DNA from: Bacillota bacterium
GTDB lineage: Bacteria > Bacillota > Clostridia > Christensenellales > CAG-138
Reading direction: 5' to 3'
Assembly: GCA_022707005.1 (NCBI GenBank)
Contig: JAKJBL010000001.1
Location: 9,454-70,217 of the forward strand
Length of the DNA stretch: 60,764 nucleotides
The stretch's first letter is position 1, and each line of letters begins with the position of its first letter. Shown in pieces: positions 9,807 through 19,741 of the stretch. Made by a program: the position numbers and the translations under genes. The notes below the pieces were generated by a model. It saw only the letters and a list, made by a program, of their open reading frames with translations. It did not search any database and was not told the origin of the DNA.

Positions 9807-10526
9807 TTAGTTGCCTCCCTTTCCGAGGTAGGCCTGTTTTACCTTTTCGTTGTTTAGAAGCTCGCTGCCTGAGCCAGTCATAATTATTGAGCCTGTTTCA
9901 AGCACATACCCGCGGTTAGCGATTTTTAGCGCAGCGTTTGCGTTTTGCTCAATTAAAAGCACAGTTACGCCTTCGTCATTTATGCGCCGGATTATATCGA
10001 AAATGCCCTTTACTACAAGCGGCGCAAGCCCTAAAGAGGGTTCGTCCATCATAATAAGCTTAGGCCTTGCCATAAGCGCCCTGCCTACTGAGAGCATTTG
10101 CTGCTCCCCGCCTGAGAGCGTGCCTGCCATTTGCCAGTTGCGCTCTTGTAAACGGGGAAAGAGCGAATATACATGGTTTATGTCTGCGTCTATTCCGTCT
10201 GCGTCTTCGCGTAAATAGGCGCCGATTTTTAAGTTTTCGAACACTGTAAGGTTCGGAAACACACGCCTGCCCTCGGGCACAAGCGTTACCCCTTTGCCGA
10301 CTATTTTTTGGGTTTCAGCAGCTGAAATTGGTTCGCCCGAATATTCAACGCTGCCGCCGCTTTTTTGCACAAGCCCCATTATAGCGCGCAAAGTCGTGGA
10401 TTTGCCTGCGCCGTTTGCGCCTATAAGAGTAACGATTTCGCCCTCGTCAACTGAAAATGTAATGCCTTTAAGCGCCTCAATTCCGCCGTAGGAGACTTTT
10501 AAGTCAGTAACACTAAGCAGGCTCAT
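9807..10526 (-). CDS. livF: Branched-chain amino acid ABC transporter, ATP-binding protein LivF
   Basis: Walker A GANGAGKST, signature LSGGEQQ, and a LivF-type C-terminus (NEKVKQAYLG). Confidence 0.9.
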   Translation of the reverse strand: MSLLSVTDLKVSYGGIEALKGITFSVDEGEIVTLIGANGAGKSTTLRAIMGLVQKSGGSVEYSGEPISAAETQKIVGKGVTLVPEGRRVFPNLTVFENLKIGAYLREDADGIDADINHVYSLFPRLQERNWQMAGTLSGGEQQMLSVGRALMARPKLIMMDEPSLGLAPLVVKGIFDIIRRINDEGVTVLLIEQNANAALKIANRGYVLETGSIIMTGSGSELLNNEKVKQAYLGKGGN

Positions 10527-11305
10527 TCTTCATCCACCCCCAAGTACGCGGCTATAACTGCAGGGTCATCCTGCACCTTTTTAGGCGTGCCCTCAGCTAT
10601 TGTTTTGCCATAATCAAGGACATAAATTCTGTCCGAAATATCCATGACTATCTGCATGTGGTGCTCGATCAACAAAATTGTAAGGCCAAGGTCCTTCCTA
10701 AGCTCTGCGACAAACTGCGTAAGGTCTTCGGTTTCTTTCGGGTTCATGCCTGCAGCTGGTTCGTCTAAAAGCAGAAGCCTTGGCTGAGTTGCAAGCGCAC
10801 GTGCAATTTCAAGCCTGCGCTGAAGGCCATAGGGGAGGCTTGTAGCCATTTCGTTCGCAGACTCTACAAGCCCGACTCTTTCTAAAAGCTCAAATGAGCG
10901 GCGGCGCATTTCGCGTTCGCTTTTGTAATAGTACGGCCAATGCGCCATTGCGCTGAAAAACCCGTTTTTAAGGCGTACATGGTTTGCAAGCAGCACATTA
11001 TCCAAGACGCTTTGTTCTTTAAAAAGCCGGATATTTTGAAAGGTGCGCGCTACGCCCATTGCAGCGATTAAATCAGGGCGCCTGCCTGTAATATCCTGTT
11101 TTTCGCCATTGCCGCAATCTAAAAACACTCTGCCTTCTGTTGGCCTGTATACGCCTGTAATCATGTTGAATGCAGTAGTTTTGCCTGCGCCGTTAGGCCC
11201 GATTATTGCGACAATTTCGTTTTCTTCAACATGTATGTTGAGGTTGTCAACAGCGAGCACGCCGCCAAAGCGCATTACGCCGTTTTCTGTGGATAGCACA
11301 CTCAT
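10523..11305 (-). CDS. livG: Branched-chain amino acid ABC transporter, ATP-binding protein LivG
   Basis: Walker A GPNGAGKTT, a LivG-specific insertion, the signature LPYGLQRRLEIARAL, and DPAVIAAYLG at the C-terminus. It overlaps both neighbours by 4 nt. Confidence 0.9.
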   Translation of the reverse strand: MSVLSTENGVMRFGGVLAVDNLNIHVEENEIVAIIGPNGAGKTTAFNMITGVYRPTEGRVFLDCGNGEKQDITGRRPDLIAAMGVARTFQNIRLFKEQSVLDNVLLANHVRLKNGFFSAMAHWPYYYKSEREMRRRSFELLERVGLVESANEMATSLPYGLQRRLEIARALATQPRLLLLDEPAAGMNPKETEDLTQFVAELRKDLGLTILLIEHHMQIVMDISDRIYVLDYGKTIAEGTPKKVQDDPAVIAAYLGVDEE

Positions 11306-12438
11306 TTTGCAGCGCCTCCCTTCTTAAAAAGCGAAAAGACGCGTTTTGGCAAGGCAGAAAGCGAGTTAATAAGCCAATCAAAGGAAAACTCCCTGCCACC
11401 GAAAAGGCCGCGCCTGTAAAAGAGTATGACAAGCATTAAAAGCACGCTAAAGACTACCATGCGCATGCCTGCTATTGCAGGTATTCGCACAAAGCCGAGG
11501 CTAAAGCCTCCATCGAGCCACCTCAGCCACTCTTTTGCAATGGTAATAAGGAATGCGCCCACAATCGAGCCTGTTATGCTCCCCATGCCTCCAAGCACAA
11601 CAATGAGCAATATGTCGTATGTAAGAATGAACCTGAAGAAAATCGGGGTTATTGCGCCTACAACGCTTGCCATAAGGCCTCCGCCTACACCTGCTATAAA
11701 CCCGGAAAGTACAAACGAAAGCATTTTATGGCGGAAGAGCGAAATGCCCATGCTTTCCGCAGCAACCTCATCATCGCGTATTGACTTAAACGCGCGGCCA
11801 TAGCTTGTTTTCATAAGCCTAACCATAAAGATTGTAAAGAAAGCCATAACTCCGAATGTCCACCACATATTCGCAATAGGCGGGATGCTCTTTATGCCTG
11901 TTGAGCCGTTTGTCAGGTTTTGCATATTTGTAAAGATTACGCGGATAATTTCAGAAAAGCCGAGCGTAGCTATTGCGAGGTAGTCGCCCTTTAGCCTTAA
12001 CACAGGGAAGCCAATTAAAAATGCAATAAAGGCTGTTAAAACTCCGGCAGTCAAAAGCGCGCCTAAAAAGCCGAGGTTTCCTGCCCAGTGGACATCCTTA
12101 AGCCAGGGCACCATAGGCTCAAGGTAAAAGATTTTTTCTTTTATTTCAACAGGAAGTATTAAAAGCGCTGTTGTATATGCACCTACAGCCATGAAGCCCG
12201 CTGTTCCCAACGAAAACTGCCCTGTAAACCCGTTTATGAGGTTCATGGAAAGCGTTAAAACAGCATATACTGCGCAGAGGTTTAAAACGCGCACTCCGTA
12301 GCTGCCCATAAGTATGCCTTCGTTTGAAAAATACAGGAACAAAAGCAAGGCAGTAATAGAAATACTGCTTAGAAGCAGGTTCCTGCGCTTTTTGGGGTTA
12401 AGGTTTGCCACAAAACCTTTTATCTGTCTTTTTTCCAT
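11302..12438 (-). CDS. livM: Branched-chain amino acid ABC transporter permease LivM
   Basis: A polytopic permease in LivM operon position. I place the start at the ATG at 12438 (MEKRQIKGF), just downstream of the livH stop. The ORF track extends to 12531, inside livH. Confidence 0.85.
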   Translation of the reverse strand: MEKRQIKGFVANLNPKKRRNLLLSSISITALLLFLYFSNEGILMGSYGVRVLNLCAVYAVLTLSMNLINGFTGQFSLGTAGFMAVGAYTTALLILPVEIKEKIFYLEPMVPWLKDVHWAGNLGFLGALLTAGVLTAFIAFLIGFPVLRLKGDYLAIATLGFSEIIRVIFTNMQNLTNGSTGIKSIPPIANMWWTFGVMAFFTIFMVRLMKTSYGRAFKSIRDDEVAAESMGISLFRHKMLSFVLSGFIAGVGGGLMASVVGAITPIFFRFILTYDILLIVVLGGMGSITGSIVGAFLITIAKEWLRWLDGGFSLGFVRIPAIAGMRMVVFSVLLMLVILFYRRGLFGGREFSFDWLINSLSALPKRVFSLFKKGGAAK

Positions 12439-12451
12439 TAAAGCAGCCCCC

Positions 12452-13339
12452 TTAAACCTTATCCGTAATCTTTTCGCCGAAAAGACCGGTAGGGAGGAAG
12501 AGCAGTATGAGTATGAGCGCAATAAACGCAAACGCGTCTTTATAGCCTGAGAGCGTAGGTACTATATAAACAATCATAATTTCCATCATTCCAAGTACAA
12601 GGCCGCCTACAACAGCGCCCCGTATATTGCCAATGCCGCCTATTACTGCGGCAATAAAGCATTTCAGCCCCGGCATTACGCCAACATAGGGCTGTATCTG
12701 CGGGTATTTCTGCCCCCACATTATTGCGCCTACTGCTGCAAGCAAAGAGCCGACAGCAAAGGTAGTTGCTATTGTGCGGTTTATGTTTACACCCATGAGC
12801 TTTGCGGTTTCAAAATCTTTAGATACTGCGCGCATTGCCATTCCTGCTTTTGTTTTGTCAACAAGCACCATAAGCGCGAGTACAAGCAGAAGCATTAGAA
12901 CAGGGGTAACAAATGAAAGCTGCTGGATGTTGATACCGCCGATTACGATATTATCCTGAAGTGTGCCTATTTTCGGGAACTGCCGCGGCACGCCTGTGAA
13001 CACAACAGTTGCGAGGTTTTCTAAAAGATAGCTTACGCCGATTGAGGATATTAAAAGAGAGATACGCGGGGCTGAGCGAATTGGCGCATAAGCAGCCTTT
13101 TCAATTAGAACCCCGAGCAGCACAGTCGCAACAAGTACAAGCAAAATCGCTATATACCATGGTATATAAAAGACGGTTATCGCAAAAAAGGAAAAATACA
13201 TTGCCATCATAAAGATATCGCCATGTGCGAAGTTTATAAGGCGCAAAATACCGTATACCATTGTATAGCCAATTGCCACAAGCGCATAAAGGCTCCCTAT
13301 TGTGAGGCCGTTTGCGATGTTTTGCCAGAATAGTGCCAT
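12452..13339 (-). CDS. livH: Branched-chain amino acid ABC transporter permease LivH
   Basis: 295 aa. The N-terminus QNIANGLTIGSLYALVAIGYTMVYGILRLINFAHGD is typical of LivH. Confidence 0.9.
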   Translation of the reverse strand: MALFWQNIANGLTIGSLYALVAIGYTMVYGILRLINFAHGDIFMMAMYFSFFAITVFYIPWYIAILLVLVATVLLGVLIEKAAYAPIRSAPRISLLISSIGVSYLLENLATVVFTGVPRQFPKIGTLQDNIVIGGINIQQLSFVTPVLMLLLVLALMVLVDKTKAGMAMRAVSKDFETAKLMGVNINRTIATTFAVGSLLAAVGAIMWGQKYPQIQPYVGVMPGLKCFIAAVIGGIGNIRGAVVGGLVLGMMEIMIVYIVPTLSGYKDAFAFIALILILLFLPTGLFGEKITDKV

Positions 13340-13388
13340 AGAATCACCCTAACTATTAGTATTGGTTATTTAGTTTCGAGCATACAAT

Positions 13389-13417
13389 GTGCGGGCGGCT
13401 AAGGCTGCCGCCCGCAC
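13389..13417 (-). other. Intercistronic GC-rich hairpin between the binding-protein gene and livH
   Basis: GTGCGGGCGGC (7-nt loop) GCCGCCCGCAC forms a perfect 11-bp stem with no U-tract. It may be a partial terminator or mRNA-stability element that lets the binding-protein message accumulate. Confidence 0.5.
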
Positions 13418-13440
13418 CACAAGTTTAGGTTAGGCTTTGT

Positions 13441-14577
13441 TTAGTCGACAACAACTGTTGTCACATACTTAAAGGCGCCGCCTTCAACAGTTTTAATGAT
13501 TGCCTGGTTCTTAATTGCGTCACCGTTTTCGTCAAATGTGCAGCGGCCTGTTACGCCTACAATGTCAAGCTCTGTAAGCGCCTTTTGGAGAGCTACGCCA
13601 TCAGTTGAGCCTGCTTTTTCAATAGCTGCGACAGCTGCCATGTATGCATCGTAGCCAAGCGCTGTAACTGCGCCCTTTGGCTTGCCGCCGAACATTTTGT
13701 CGTATGCCTCGAGGAACTGCTTGCTCTCGGCTGTCGGTTCTGCGTCAGCGTCAAAGAAGGTTGTAAAGCGGCAGGCTTCTGTTGCTGCACCGCCGACTTC
13801 TATCATAGCTTCGGTTTCCCAAGTGTCGCCGCCAAGGAAGAGCACATCGTTATAGCCCATTTGACGCGCCTGAGACATCATTAGTCCTGCTTCTGTATAG
13901 CCCGAGGGTGCAAAAATTACGTCAGGCTTTGCTGCCATAACTGTTGTAATCTGCGCTGTGAAGTCCTGGTCGCCTTTGTTGAACTTTGCTTCAGCAACGA
14001 TATTGTCTTTGCCGTAAGCTTCAACAAAGAAGTTGCGAAGGCCTATTGCATAGGTGTCAGAAACGTCAACAATAACGCCTGCTTTCATGTAGCCGTTTTG
14101 CTTTGCGAAGTTTGCAAGCAAAGTGCCCTGGAAGTCGTCCAGGTAACAGACACGGAAATAGTAGTCGTTATCGAGTGTTACGAGCGGGTTAGTGCAGGAT
14201 GTGCCGATTGCGGGAATCTTGGCTGCTTCGAATGTCGGGCCTGCAGCAATGCATACTGACGAGCCCCAGCTCCCTACTACAACAGCAACCTTTTCTTCGT
14301 TAACAAGGCGCTCAGCTGCAGTAACAGCCTCAACGTCATCGGACTTATTGTCCATCTCAACAAGGACAATTTTTCTGCCAAGCACTTCGCCCTTTAGGGA
14401 GTGAGCGACTTTAATGCCTTCAAGCTCCATTTGTCCTCCGGCAGCATTTGCGCCTGTTAAGGGCTCGAAAATACCAATTTTAATGGGTTCGGCTTCCTTA
14501 GGTGCGCTTGTGCACGCCGAAGTCAGTGTTGCTACAAGAAACAAAGCAGCAAACAAAAAGACCATGGTTCTCTTCAT
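13441..14577 (-). CDS. Branched-chain amino acid ABC transporter substrate-binding lipoprotein (LivJ/LivK-like)
   Basis: It has a signal peptide with the lipobox LTSAC, then a type I periplasmic-binding-protein fold sequence (KIGIFEPLTGANAAGG...). It is the first gene of the liv operon. Confidence 0.85.
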   Translation of the reverse strand: MKRTMVFLFAALFLVATLTSACTSAPKEAEPIKIGIFEPLTGANAAGGQMELEGIKVAHSLKGEVLGRKIVLVEMDNKSDDVEAVTAAERLVNEEKVAVVVGSWGSSVCIAAGPTFEAAKIPAIGTSCTNPLVTLDNDYYFRVCYLDDFQGTLLANFAKQNGYMKAGVIVDVSDTYAIGLRNFFVEAYGKDNIVAEAKFNKGDQDFTAQITTVMAAKPDVIFAPSGYTEAGLMMSQARQMGYNDVLFLGGDTWETEAMIEVGGAATEACRFTTFFDADAEPTAESKQFLEAYDKMFGGKPKGAVTALGYDAYMAAVAAIEKAGSTDGVALQKALTELDIVGVTGRCTFDENGDAIKNQAIIKTVEGGAFKYVTTVVVD

Positions 14578-14649
14578 GCAGGGTTCCTCCTTTTAATATC
14601 ATGTTTTCATGAATATAGAATAAGCGGGCTATATAAAACCCTCGTTGCT

Positions 14650-14678
14650 ATTATACATACGCATATAAAATAAAGCAA
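14650..14678 (-). promoter_or_regulatory. Sigma-70-like promoter for the liv operon (TTGCTT-17-TATAAT)
   Basis: On the minus strand, -35 TTGCTT is at 14678-14673 and -10 TATAAT at 14655-14650. The promoter is bracketed by a 7-bp inverted repeat, CGTTGCT/AGCAACG (14643-14649 and 14674-14680). Confidence 0.55.
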
Positions 14679-14730
14679 CGGATTGTATATAAATAAGCAT
14701 GATATATAAGGCGTTCAAGCTTCACAGCAT

Positions 14731-14758
14731 AAAAAAACGGGGGGTGTTCCTCCCCCCG
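14731..14758 (-). terminator. Intrinsic terminator after spoIVA
   Basis: On the minus strand, CGGGGGG AGGAACA CCCCCCG is followed by TTTTTTT. Confidence 0.75.
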
Positions 14759-14781
14759 AAAACGCTAAGCTGCTTTGACTG

Positions 14782-16260
14782 TTAAAGAAGAATGCAGATT
14801 AGACCATTGCAGCCGTCATTTACTATACGCTGGAGCGTCTTTTGCAGCTTCTCCTGAACAGCATCCGGCATTCTGCCTGCTTTGCCGGACATACTCTCGC
14901 GCACAAGGTCATAAAGGGGTTTGCCGAAAATATTGGTTTGCCATATAGCGGCAGGGTCTTTTTCAAATGTGTCAGTCAAGTAATTGAGCAAAGCTTCGGA
15001 TTGCTGGGCGCTGCCTACTATCGGGCTGACCTCAGCTTCCATATCAACGCGGAATAATTGCAGCCCTGAGGCGCAGGCACGAAGCTTAACGCCAAACTTG
15101 CTGCCCTGCTGAATGAGCTCTGGCTCTTTAAGCTCCATTTCATCAATTGCAGGGGGGACCATGCCATAGCCAAGAGTTTGCGCTGCTTCAAGCGCGCCTG
15201 CAATGCGCCCGTATTCGCGCTTGACCTTTGCAAAATCCTTAAGCGCAGTTAAAAGCTCATAATCATCCGCAATTTCATAGCCGCTCGTTTCGCTAAGCAC
15301 TATAAAGAAAAGCTCGTCATCAGCTGCAAGGTTGAGCGTAACTAAGCCTGTGCCTAAGTCAATTTGCTCTACAACAGCAGGGGAGAAGCCTTCAATGTCA
15401 GAAAGCGCGTCATACACCTTTTTATAGTCGCGCATTCGCGAGAGCTTTTTCATGTTTTCCTCAACCGGCGCAAGCACCCGCTCCATAAGCCAGTGATCCT
15501 TGTCAAGCTCCATCATATAGCCTGGGAGCCGCACATGCAAAAGCGCAAGCGGGAACTCCATAAGCACTTCGCTTAAAAGCTCAGTTGCAGAAGCTGCGTT
15601 CATGTTGAGCGCATCAAGCGCTATTGCGCTTACTCCGTATTTCTCGCTAAGCTCCTTTTTTAACGCCTGAGCTGCAGCGCCTTCAGGGTCTGTGCTGTTT
15701 ACAACAATGACAAAGGGCTTGCCTGTTGCTTTAAGCTCGTTAATTACGCGTTCTTCCGCTTCGAGGTAGTTTTCACGCGGGATGGATGTTATACTTGCGT
15801 CCGTTGTCATAACGACCCCGATTGTGGAATGGTCCGTTATAACTTTGCGCGTGCCGAGCTCTGCCGCTTCTTCAAAAGGAATTTCATAATCAAACCATGG
15901 CGTGCGCACCATACGGGGCGTTTCAGCTTCCATGTGCCCTATTGCGCCCGGCACCCAATAGCCCACACAATCAACAAGCCGCACATTGCAGTGCGCATTG
16001 TCCCCAAGGTCAAGCCGGACTGCCTCGTTAGGTACGAATTTGGGCTGTGTCGTCATTATTGTTTTGCCTGTGCCGCTTTGGGGCAGCTCGTCTAAAACAC
16101 GAGTGCGCACATGCTCATTTTCTATGCGGGGCAGAACCAATTCATCCATAAAGCGCTTAATAAAGGTCGACTTTCCTGTGCGCACAGGCCCGACTACGCC
16201 AATATAAATGTCGCCCTGAGTGCGCTTAGCAATATCCTGATACAGCTCCATTCTATCCAT
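14782..16260 (-). CDS. spoIVA: Stage IV sporulation protein A (spore coat morphogenetic ATPase)
   Basis: 492 aa. IYIGVVGPVRTGKSTFIKRFM (Walker A) and the overall sequence are highly characteristic of SpoIVA. Confidence 0.95.
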   Translation of the reverse strand: MDRMELYQDIAKRTQGDIYIGVVGPVRTGKSTFIKRFMDELVLPRIENEHVRTRVLDELPQSGTGKTIMTTQPKFVPNEAVRLDLGDNAHCNVRLVDCVGYWVPGAIGHMEAETPRMVRTPWFDYEIPFEEAAELGTRKVITDHSTIGVVMTTDASITSIPRENYLEAEERVINELKATGKPFVIVVNSTDPEGAAAQALKKELSEKYGVSAIALDALNMNAASATELLSEVLMEFPLALLHVRLPGYMMELDKDHWLMERVLAPVEENMKKLSRMRDYKKVYDALSDIEGFSPAVVEQIDLGTGLVTLNLAADDELFFIVLSETSGYEIADDYELLTALKDFAKVKREYGRIAGALEAAQTLGYGMVPPAIDEMELKEPELIQQGSKFGVKLRACASGLQLFRVDMEAEVSPIVGSAQQSEALLNYLTDTFEKDPAAIWQTNIFGKPLYDLVRESMSGKAGRMPDAVQEKLQKTLQRIVNDGCNGLICILL

Positions 16261-16351
16261 ACCTGGGCCTCCTTTTAATCATACGGTTGCTGAAACAATA
16301 TATATGTTGAAAATGGACAAAACAGAATGAGTTTCTTGCATTGATGAGTGC

Positions 16352-16391
16352 AAAAAACAAAACTGCCGCTATATTTTAGTATATGCGGCAG
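16352..16391 (-). terminator. Intrinsic terminator after the DUF218 gene
   Basis: On the minus strand, CTGCCGCATATA CTAAAA TATAGCGGCAG (11 bp with one bulge) is followed by TTTTGTTTTTTG. Confidence 0.7.
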
Positions 16392-16427
16392 CAGAAAGCT
16401 TTAGGTCAGGCTATGGCAGGCTTTTAG

Positions 16428-17210
16428 CTATATTCTGCCCATAAGCAAATATGCCCAAATCGCAACGGACTCGCGCAAACAATTATTTAGCGAAAGGTAC
16501 CAAATATCGGGCGCGCTTATGCCAAACGCAGTTATGCCGAGCTTTTTTGCAGCACGGCCTGCGCGGTAAACATGGAAGTCGGTTGTAACAAAGCCAAGCT
16601 TAAGGTTTTCTCCAAGGCGGTTTTTTAGAAGTTCCTGTGAAAAGGCGAAGTTTTCGCGGGTATTCGTTGAGGCGTCTTCAAGCAGTATGCGCGAAGGCTC
16701 CAAGCCCTGCGCCTTAAAATAGCGCGCCATTGCCTCTGCTTCGCTTATATATTCATCCCTGCCGCGGCCGCCAGAAAGCACTGCTACTGTTTTTGGGTTA
16801 TTTGCAAGGTATTTAAGCGCTGTATCCATACGTCTTTTAAGAACAAGAGTAGGGCGGTCGCCGCGAAGGCCTGCTCCAAGCACGATAATTGCATCAGCGC
16901 CCTGGGGCGGAGGCTTTGAAGAAGCGGTGTAAATGCGGATAGAAGTTGCGGCAAAAAGGAGAAAAATCAGTACATACGAATAATAGAATATAGCGGCAGG
17001 CAAAGCGCCTGTTTTAAAGCTTTGGGGCAGTACAGGAAGAAAGATTCCCAACAGCAAAAGAGGCAGGCCTAAAATCCCCGGGAGCACAACGCCTAAGTTA
17101 AAATTGCTTATGAGCATAATTGCAAGCGTATCGAGCACCCCAAGAATCCCAAGTGCGACTAAAACAACGCGAAGCATATTATTGCCCCTTCCTGATGCGG
17201 GTTTTTGCAT
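16428..17210 (-). CDS. YdcF/DUF218 family membrane-anchored protein (SanA/ElyC-like)
   Basis: Several N-terminal TM helices are followed by IIVLGAGLRGDRPTLVL...AVLSGGRGRDEYISEAEAM...TNTRENF, the DUF218 signature. SD AAGGAG lies upstream of the ATG at 17210. Confidence 0.7.
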   Translation of the reverse strand: MQKPASGRGNNMLRVVLVALGILGVLDTLAIMLISNFNLGVVLPGILGLPLLLLGIFLPVLPQSFKTGALPAAIFYYSYVLIFLLFAATSIRIYTASSKPPPQGADAIIVLGAGLRGDRPTLVLKRRMDTALKYLANNPKTVAVLSGGRGRDEYISEAEAMARYFKAQGLEPSRILLEDASTNTRENFAFSQELLKNRLGENLKLGFVTTDFHVYRAGRAAKKLGITAFGISAPDIWYLSLNNCLRESVAIWAYLLMGRI

Positions 17211-17240
17211 AAGACTCCTTTATGCAAGCCAAACTTGCGA

Positions 17241-17615
17241 TTAGCTTAGGTATTTGCTCACTGCATCTGCCGCATAGGCAACAGGCACGCTTAAAAGCGC
17301 CCAGAGCAGGCTGTATTCAAGGCAGATTTGTCCATAAAGATTATAGCGGCGGCTTGAATAATCCCACACATTCCATTTTAGAGCAACATTTACTATTGCG
17401 CCGCCAATAAACTCTACAGAAGTTATAAGCAGGCTTCCTAAAAGCGCTTTAAGCACTATAAACCCTGACCCGATTGCCGTAAACACATGGTAAAGCAGCA
17501 AAAACGCAGCTCCGCCTATTATTGTCATGCTCCAGTGCGTGCGCCGCCGCCATAAAAGCTCAAGCACAAGATAAGCAATGCCGCCTGCTAAAAACAAACC
17601 AAAGTACATTCGCAC
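17241..17615 (-). CDS. Small polytopic membrane protein (resembles the PF06541 'putative ABC-transporter type IV' family)
   Basis: 124 aa, 4 predicted TM, with a WDYS motif near the C-terminal third. It has a strong SD (AAGGAGGGTG) and lies between galE and the DUF218 gene. Confidence 0.45.
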   Translation of the reverse strand: MRMYFGLFLAGGIAYLVLELLWRRRTHWSMTIIGGAAFLLLYHVFTAIGSGFIVLKALLGSLLITSVEFIGGAIVNVALKWNVWDYSSRRYNLYGQICLEYSLLWALLSVPVAYAADAVSKYLS

Positions 17616-17672
17616 CCTCCTTATTTTAGAGGATGCGTGCTGAGGCGGGTTTTAATGCAGCAGCTTTAGTTT

Positions 17673-18686
17673 TTAAAGCCAATGCCCAAGCTGTTCAAAG
17701 CGCCAGGCGTCCTTGCACATATTTATTAGGCTATGCTGTGCCTGCCAGCCAAGGTGCAGGTTCGCCTTATTTGTATCTGCATAGTAAGCTGCAAGGTCCC
17801 CTTGCCTGCGGCTTGTAATTTTGTACGGGATGCTGCGGCCGCTCGCCTTTTCAAAAGCGTGCACAAGTTCAAGCACGCTTGTGCCTTTGCCTGTGCCTAA
17901 GTTAAATGCTTCTGCACCTGTGTGCAAAAAAGCATATTCGAGCGCTGCAAGGTGACCTTTTGCAATGTCAACAACATGAATATAGTCGCGGACCCCTGTA
18001 CCGTCAGCTGTTTGATAGTCGCCCCCGAAAATCTTGAGCTCAGGCAGCCTGCCTGAGGCAACTGCAGTTATATAGGGCATAATATTATTTGGTATGCCGC
18101 TTGGCTTTTCGCCTATTAACCCGCTTGGGTGCGCGCCTATCGGGTTAAAGTAGCGAAGCAGCACAATGCTCCACATTGGGTCTGAGGCAGCTAAATCAAG
18201 CAGTATGCGCTCTGCCATTACCTTTGTGCTGCCATAAGGGTTAACTGCGTTAAGCGGATAATCCTCTAAATATGGAGAAGGATTGTTAAGCCCGTATACA
18301 GTAGCTGAGGATGAAAACACTATCTTGCAGCAGTCTGCCTTTTGCATTGCCTTTAAAAGGTTAATTGTCCCTGTGACATTTGTTTCGTAGTATTTTAAAG
18401 GGTGAAGCACTGATTCTCCAACTGCCTTGAGTGCTGCAAAATGTATAACCGCATCTATGCGCGAAGCTGCAAACAAATCGTTAAGCGCTTTTTCGTCGCG
18501 GAGGTCTGCATTAAATGTTTTGAAGCTGCGGTTTGTAATTTGTTTTACACGCGTGAGCATTTCTGGCTCTGAGTTTGAGAAGTTGTCTAAAACACTAAGC
18601 TCATAGCCTGCATTAAGCAGCTCCACACATGCATGGCTGCCTATATAGCCTGCGCCGCCTGTAACAAGAACTGTTTTTGGCATCAT
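17673..18686 (-). CDS. galE: UDP-glucose 4-epimerase
   Basis: VLVTGGAGYIGSH (NAD-binding), the YGSTK catalytic motif, and 337 aa. Confidence 0.9.
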   Translation of the reverse strand: MMPKTVLVTGGAGYIGSHACVELLNAGYELSVLDNFSNSEPEMLTRVKQITNRSFKTFNADLRDEKALNDLFAASRIDAVIHFAALKAVGESVLHPLKYYETNVTGTINLLKAMQKADCCKIVFSSSATVYGLNNPSPYLEDYPLNAVNPYGSTKVMAERILLDLAASDPMWSIVLLRYFNPIGAHPSGLIGEKPSGIPNNIMPYITAVASGRLPELKIFGGDYQTADGTGVRDYIHVVDIAKGHLAALEYAFLHTGAEAFNLGTGKGTSVLELVHAFEKASGRSIPYKITSRRQGDLAAYYADTNKANLHLGWQAQHSLINMCKDAWRFEQLGHWL

Positions 18687-18766
18687 TGCTGCTCCTTTCT
18701 TATTTCAGGTAAGTTGAGTGTAACCTTTAAGCCGCTTAGAGGCAAGATATATAAAGGCTTATAAAC

Positions 18767-18795
18767 TTGCCGCTGTATTTTTTCGGGAGTATACT
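18767..18795 (+). promoter_or_regulatory. Candidate promoter for the mrp-like gene (TTGCCG-17-TATACT)
   Basis: Hexamers at 18767-18772 and 18790-18795. AGGAGG lies upstream of the ATG at 18827. Confidence 0.4.
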
Positions 18796-18826
18796 GAAAG
18801 AGGAAAATTTAACTAGGAGGCAGTAA

Positions 18827-19672
18827 ATGGGCGAAACTTGTACATTTGACTGCGCGCAATGCGAACTTGAATGCAGTGAGCGCCAAAACCCAAAGACGGA
18901 TTTTCGTGAAGACCCGCATGTGCTTAGCAGAATCCGCTGTGTTATAGGCGTTGTAAGCGGCAAAGGCGGGGTTGGCAAATCCCTTGTTACTTCGCTTTTG
19001 GGTGTTATTGCAAAGCGCGCAGGGCTTAAGGTAGGTATTTTAGATGCTGATATTACAGGCCCTTCAATCCCTAAAATCTTCGGGCTTAGAGAAAAAGCCG
19101 AAGGTTCCGAGCTTGGGCTCTACCCTGTGGCATCAAAAACCGGCATACAGATTATGTCGATGAATGTATTGCTTGAAGGCGACACTGACCCTGTAATTTG
19201 GCGCGGCCCGATAATTGCAGGCGCTGTTAAGCAGTTTTGGACTGAGGTTATTTGGGGCGACCTTGACATATTGTTTATTGATATGCCGCCGGGCACAGGC
19301 GATGTGCCGCTTACAGTGTTCCAGACTATTCCTGTTGACGGCGTTGTTATAGTTACTACGCCTCAGGAGCTCGTAGGTATGGTCGTTGAAAAAGCAGTTC
19401 ACATGGCTGAGGCAATGCATGTGCCCATTGTAGGGCTTGCAGAAAACATGAGCTATGTAAAATGCCCCGGCTGCTCCTTGGTAATAAGCCCCTTTGGCGA
19501 GAGCCGCCTTGAGGAGTTTGCAAAGAAGCACGATATCAGCGCTGTTGCAAAGCTGCCTATTGAGCCTGAGCTTGCATCAAAATGCGATTTAGGCAAAATC
19601 GAAAGCTTTGAAGGCGACTGGCTCACGGGGCTTTTTGCAGCAGTCGAAAATATCCTAAAAAATAAGGCATAG
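18827..19672 (+). CDS. Mrp/NBP35/ApbC family Fe-S cluster carrier ATPase
   Basis: A deviant Walker A, SGKGGVGKS, and a CPxC-type motif (KCPGC). The N-terminus is Cys-rich (CTFDCAQCELEC). Confidence 0.85.
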   Translation: MGETCTFDCAQCELECSERQNPKTDFREDPHVLSRIRCVIGVVSGKGGVGKSLVTSLLGVIAKRAGLKVGILDADITGPSIPKIFGLREKAEGSELGLYPVASKTGIQIMSMNVLLEGDTDPVIWRGPIIAGAVKQFWTEVIWGDLDILFIDMPPGTGDVPLTVFQTIPVDGVVIVTTPQELVGMVVEKAVHMAEAMHVPIVGLAENMSYVKCPGCSLVISPFGESRLEEFAKKHDISAVAKLPIEPELASKCDLGKIESFEGDWLTGLFAAVENILKNKA

Positions 19673-19687
19673 CACAAAATATTCAAC

Positions 19688-19725
19688 AAGCAAAAACAAG
19701 CAGGCACATCTGCTTGTTTTTGCTT
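19688..19725. terminator. Bidirectional terminator between the convergent mrp-like gene and trxA
   Basis: AAGCAAAAACAAGCAG GCACAT CTGCTTGTTTTTGCTT forms a perfect 16-bp stem with A/T-rich flanks. Confidence 0.8.
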
Positions 19726-19741
19726 GAAATCTATTTATTTT

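Noticed and set aside
14590-14620. A CodY box upstream of the liv operon
   Set aside because: The best candidate, TGTTTTCATGAATAT, has about 6 mismatches to AATTTTCWGAAAATT, which is not convincing.
16261-16330. A sigma-E-type sporulation promoter upstream of spoIVA (and a similar idea for the spoVB-like gene at 49990-50134)
   Set aside because: CATATATAT-like -10 elements are present, but the -35 matches are poor. By-eye assignment of alternative-sigma promoters is unreliable.
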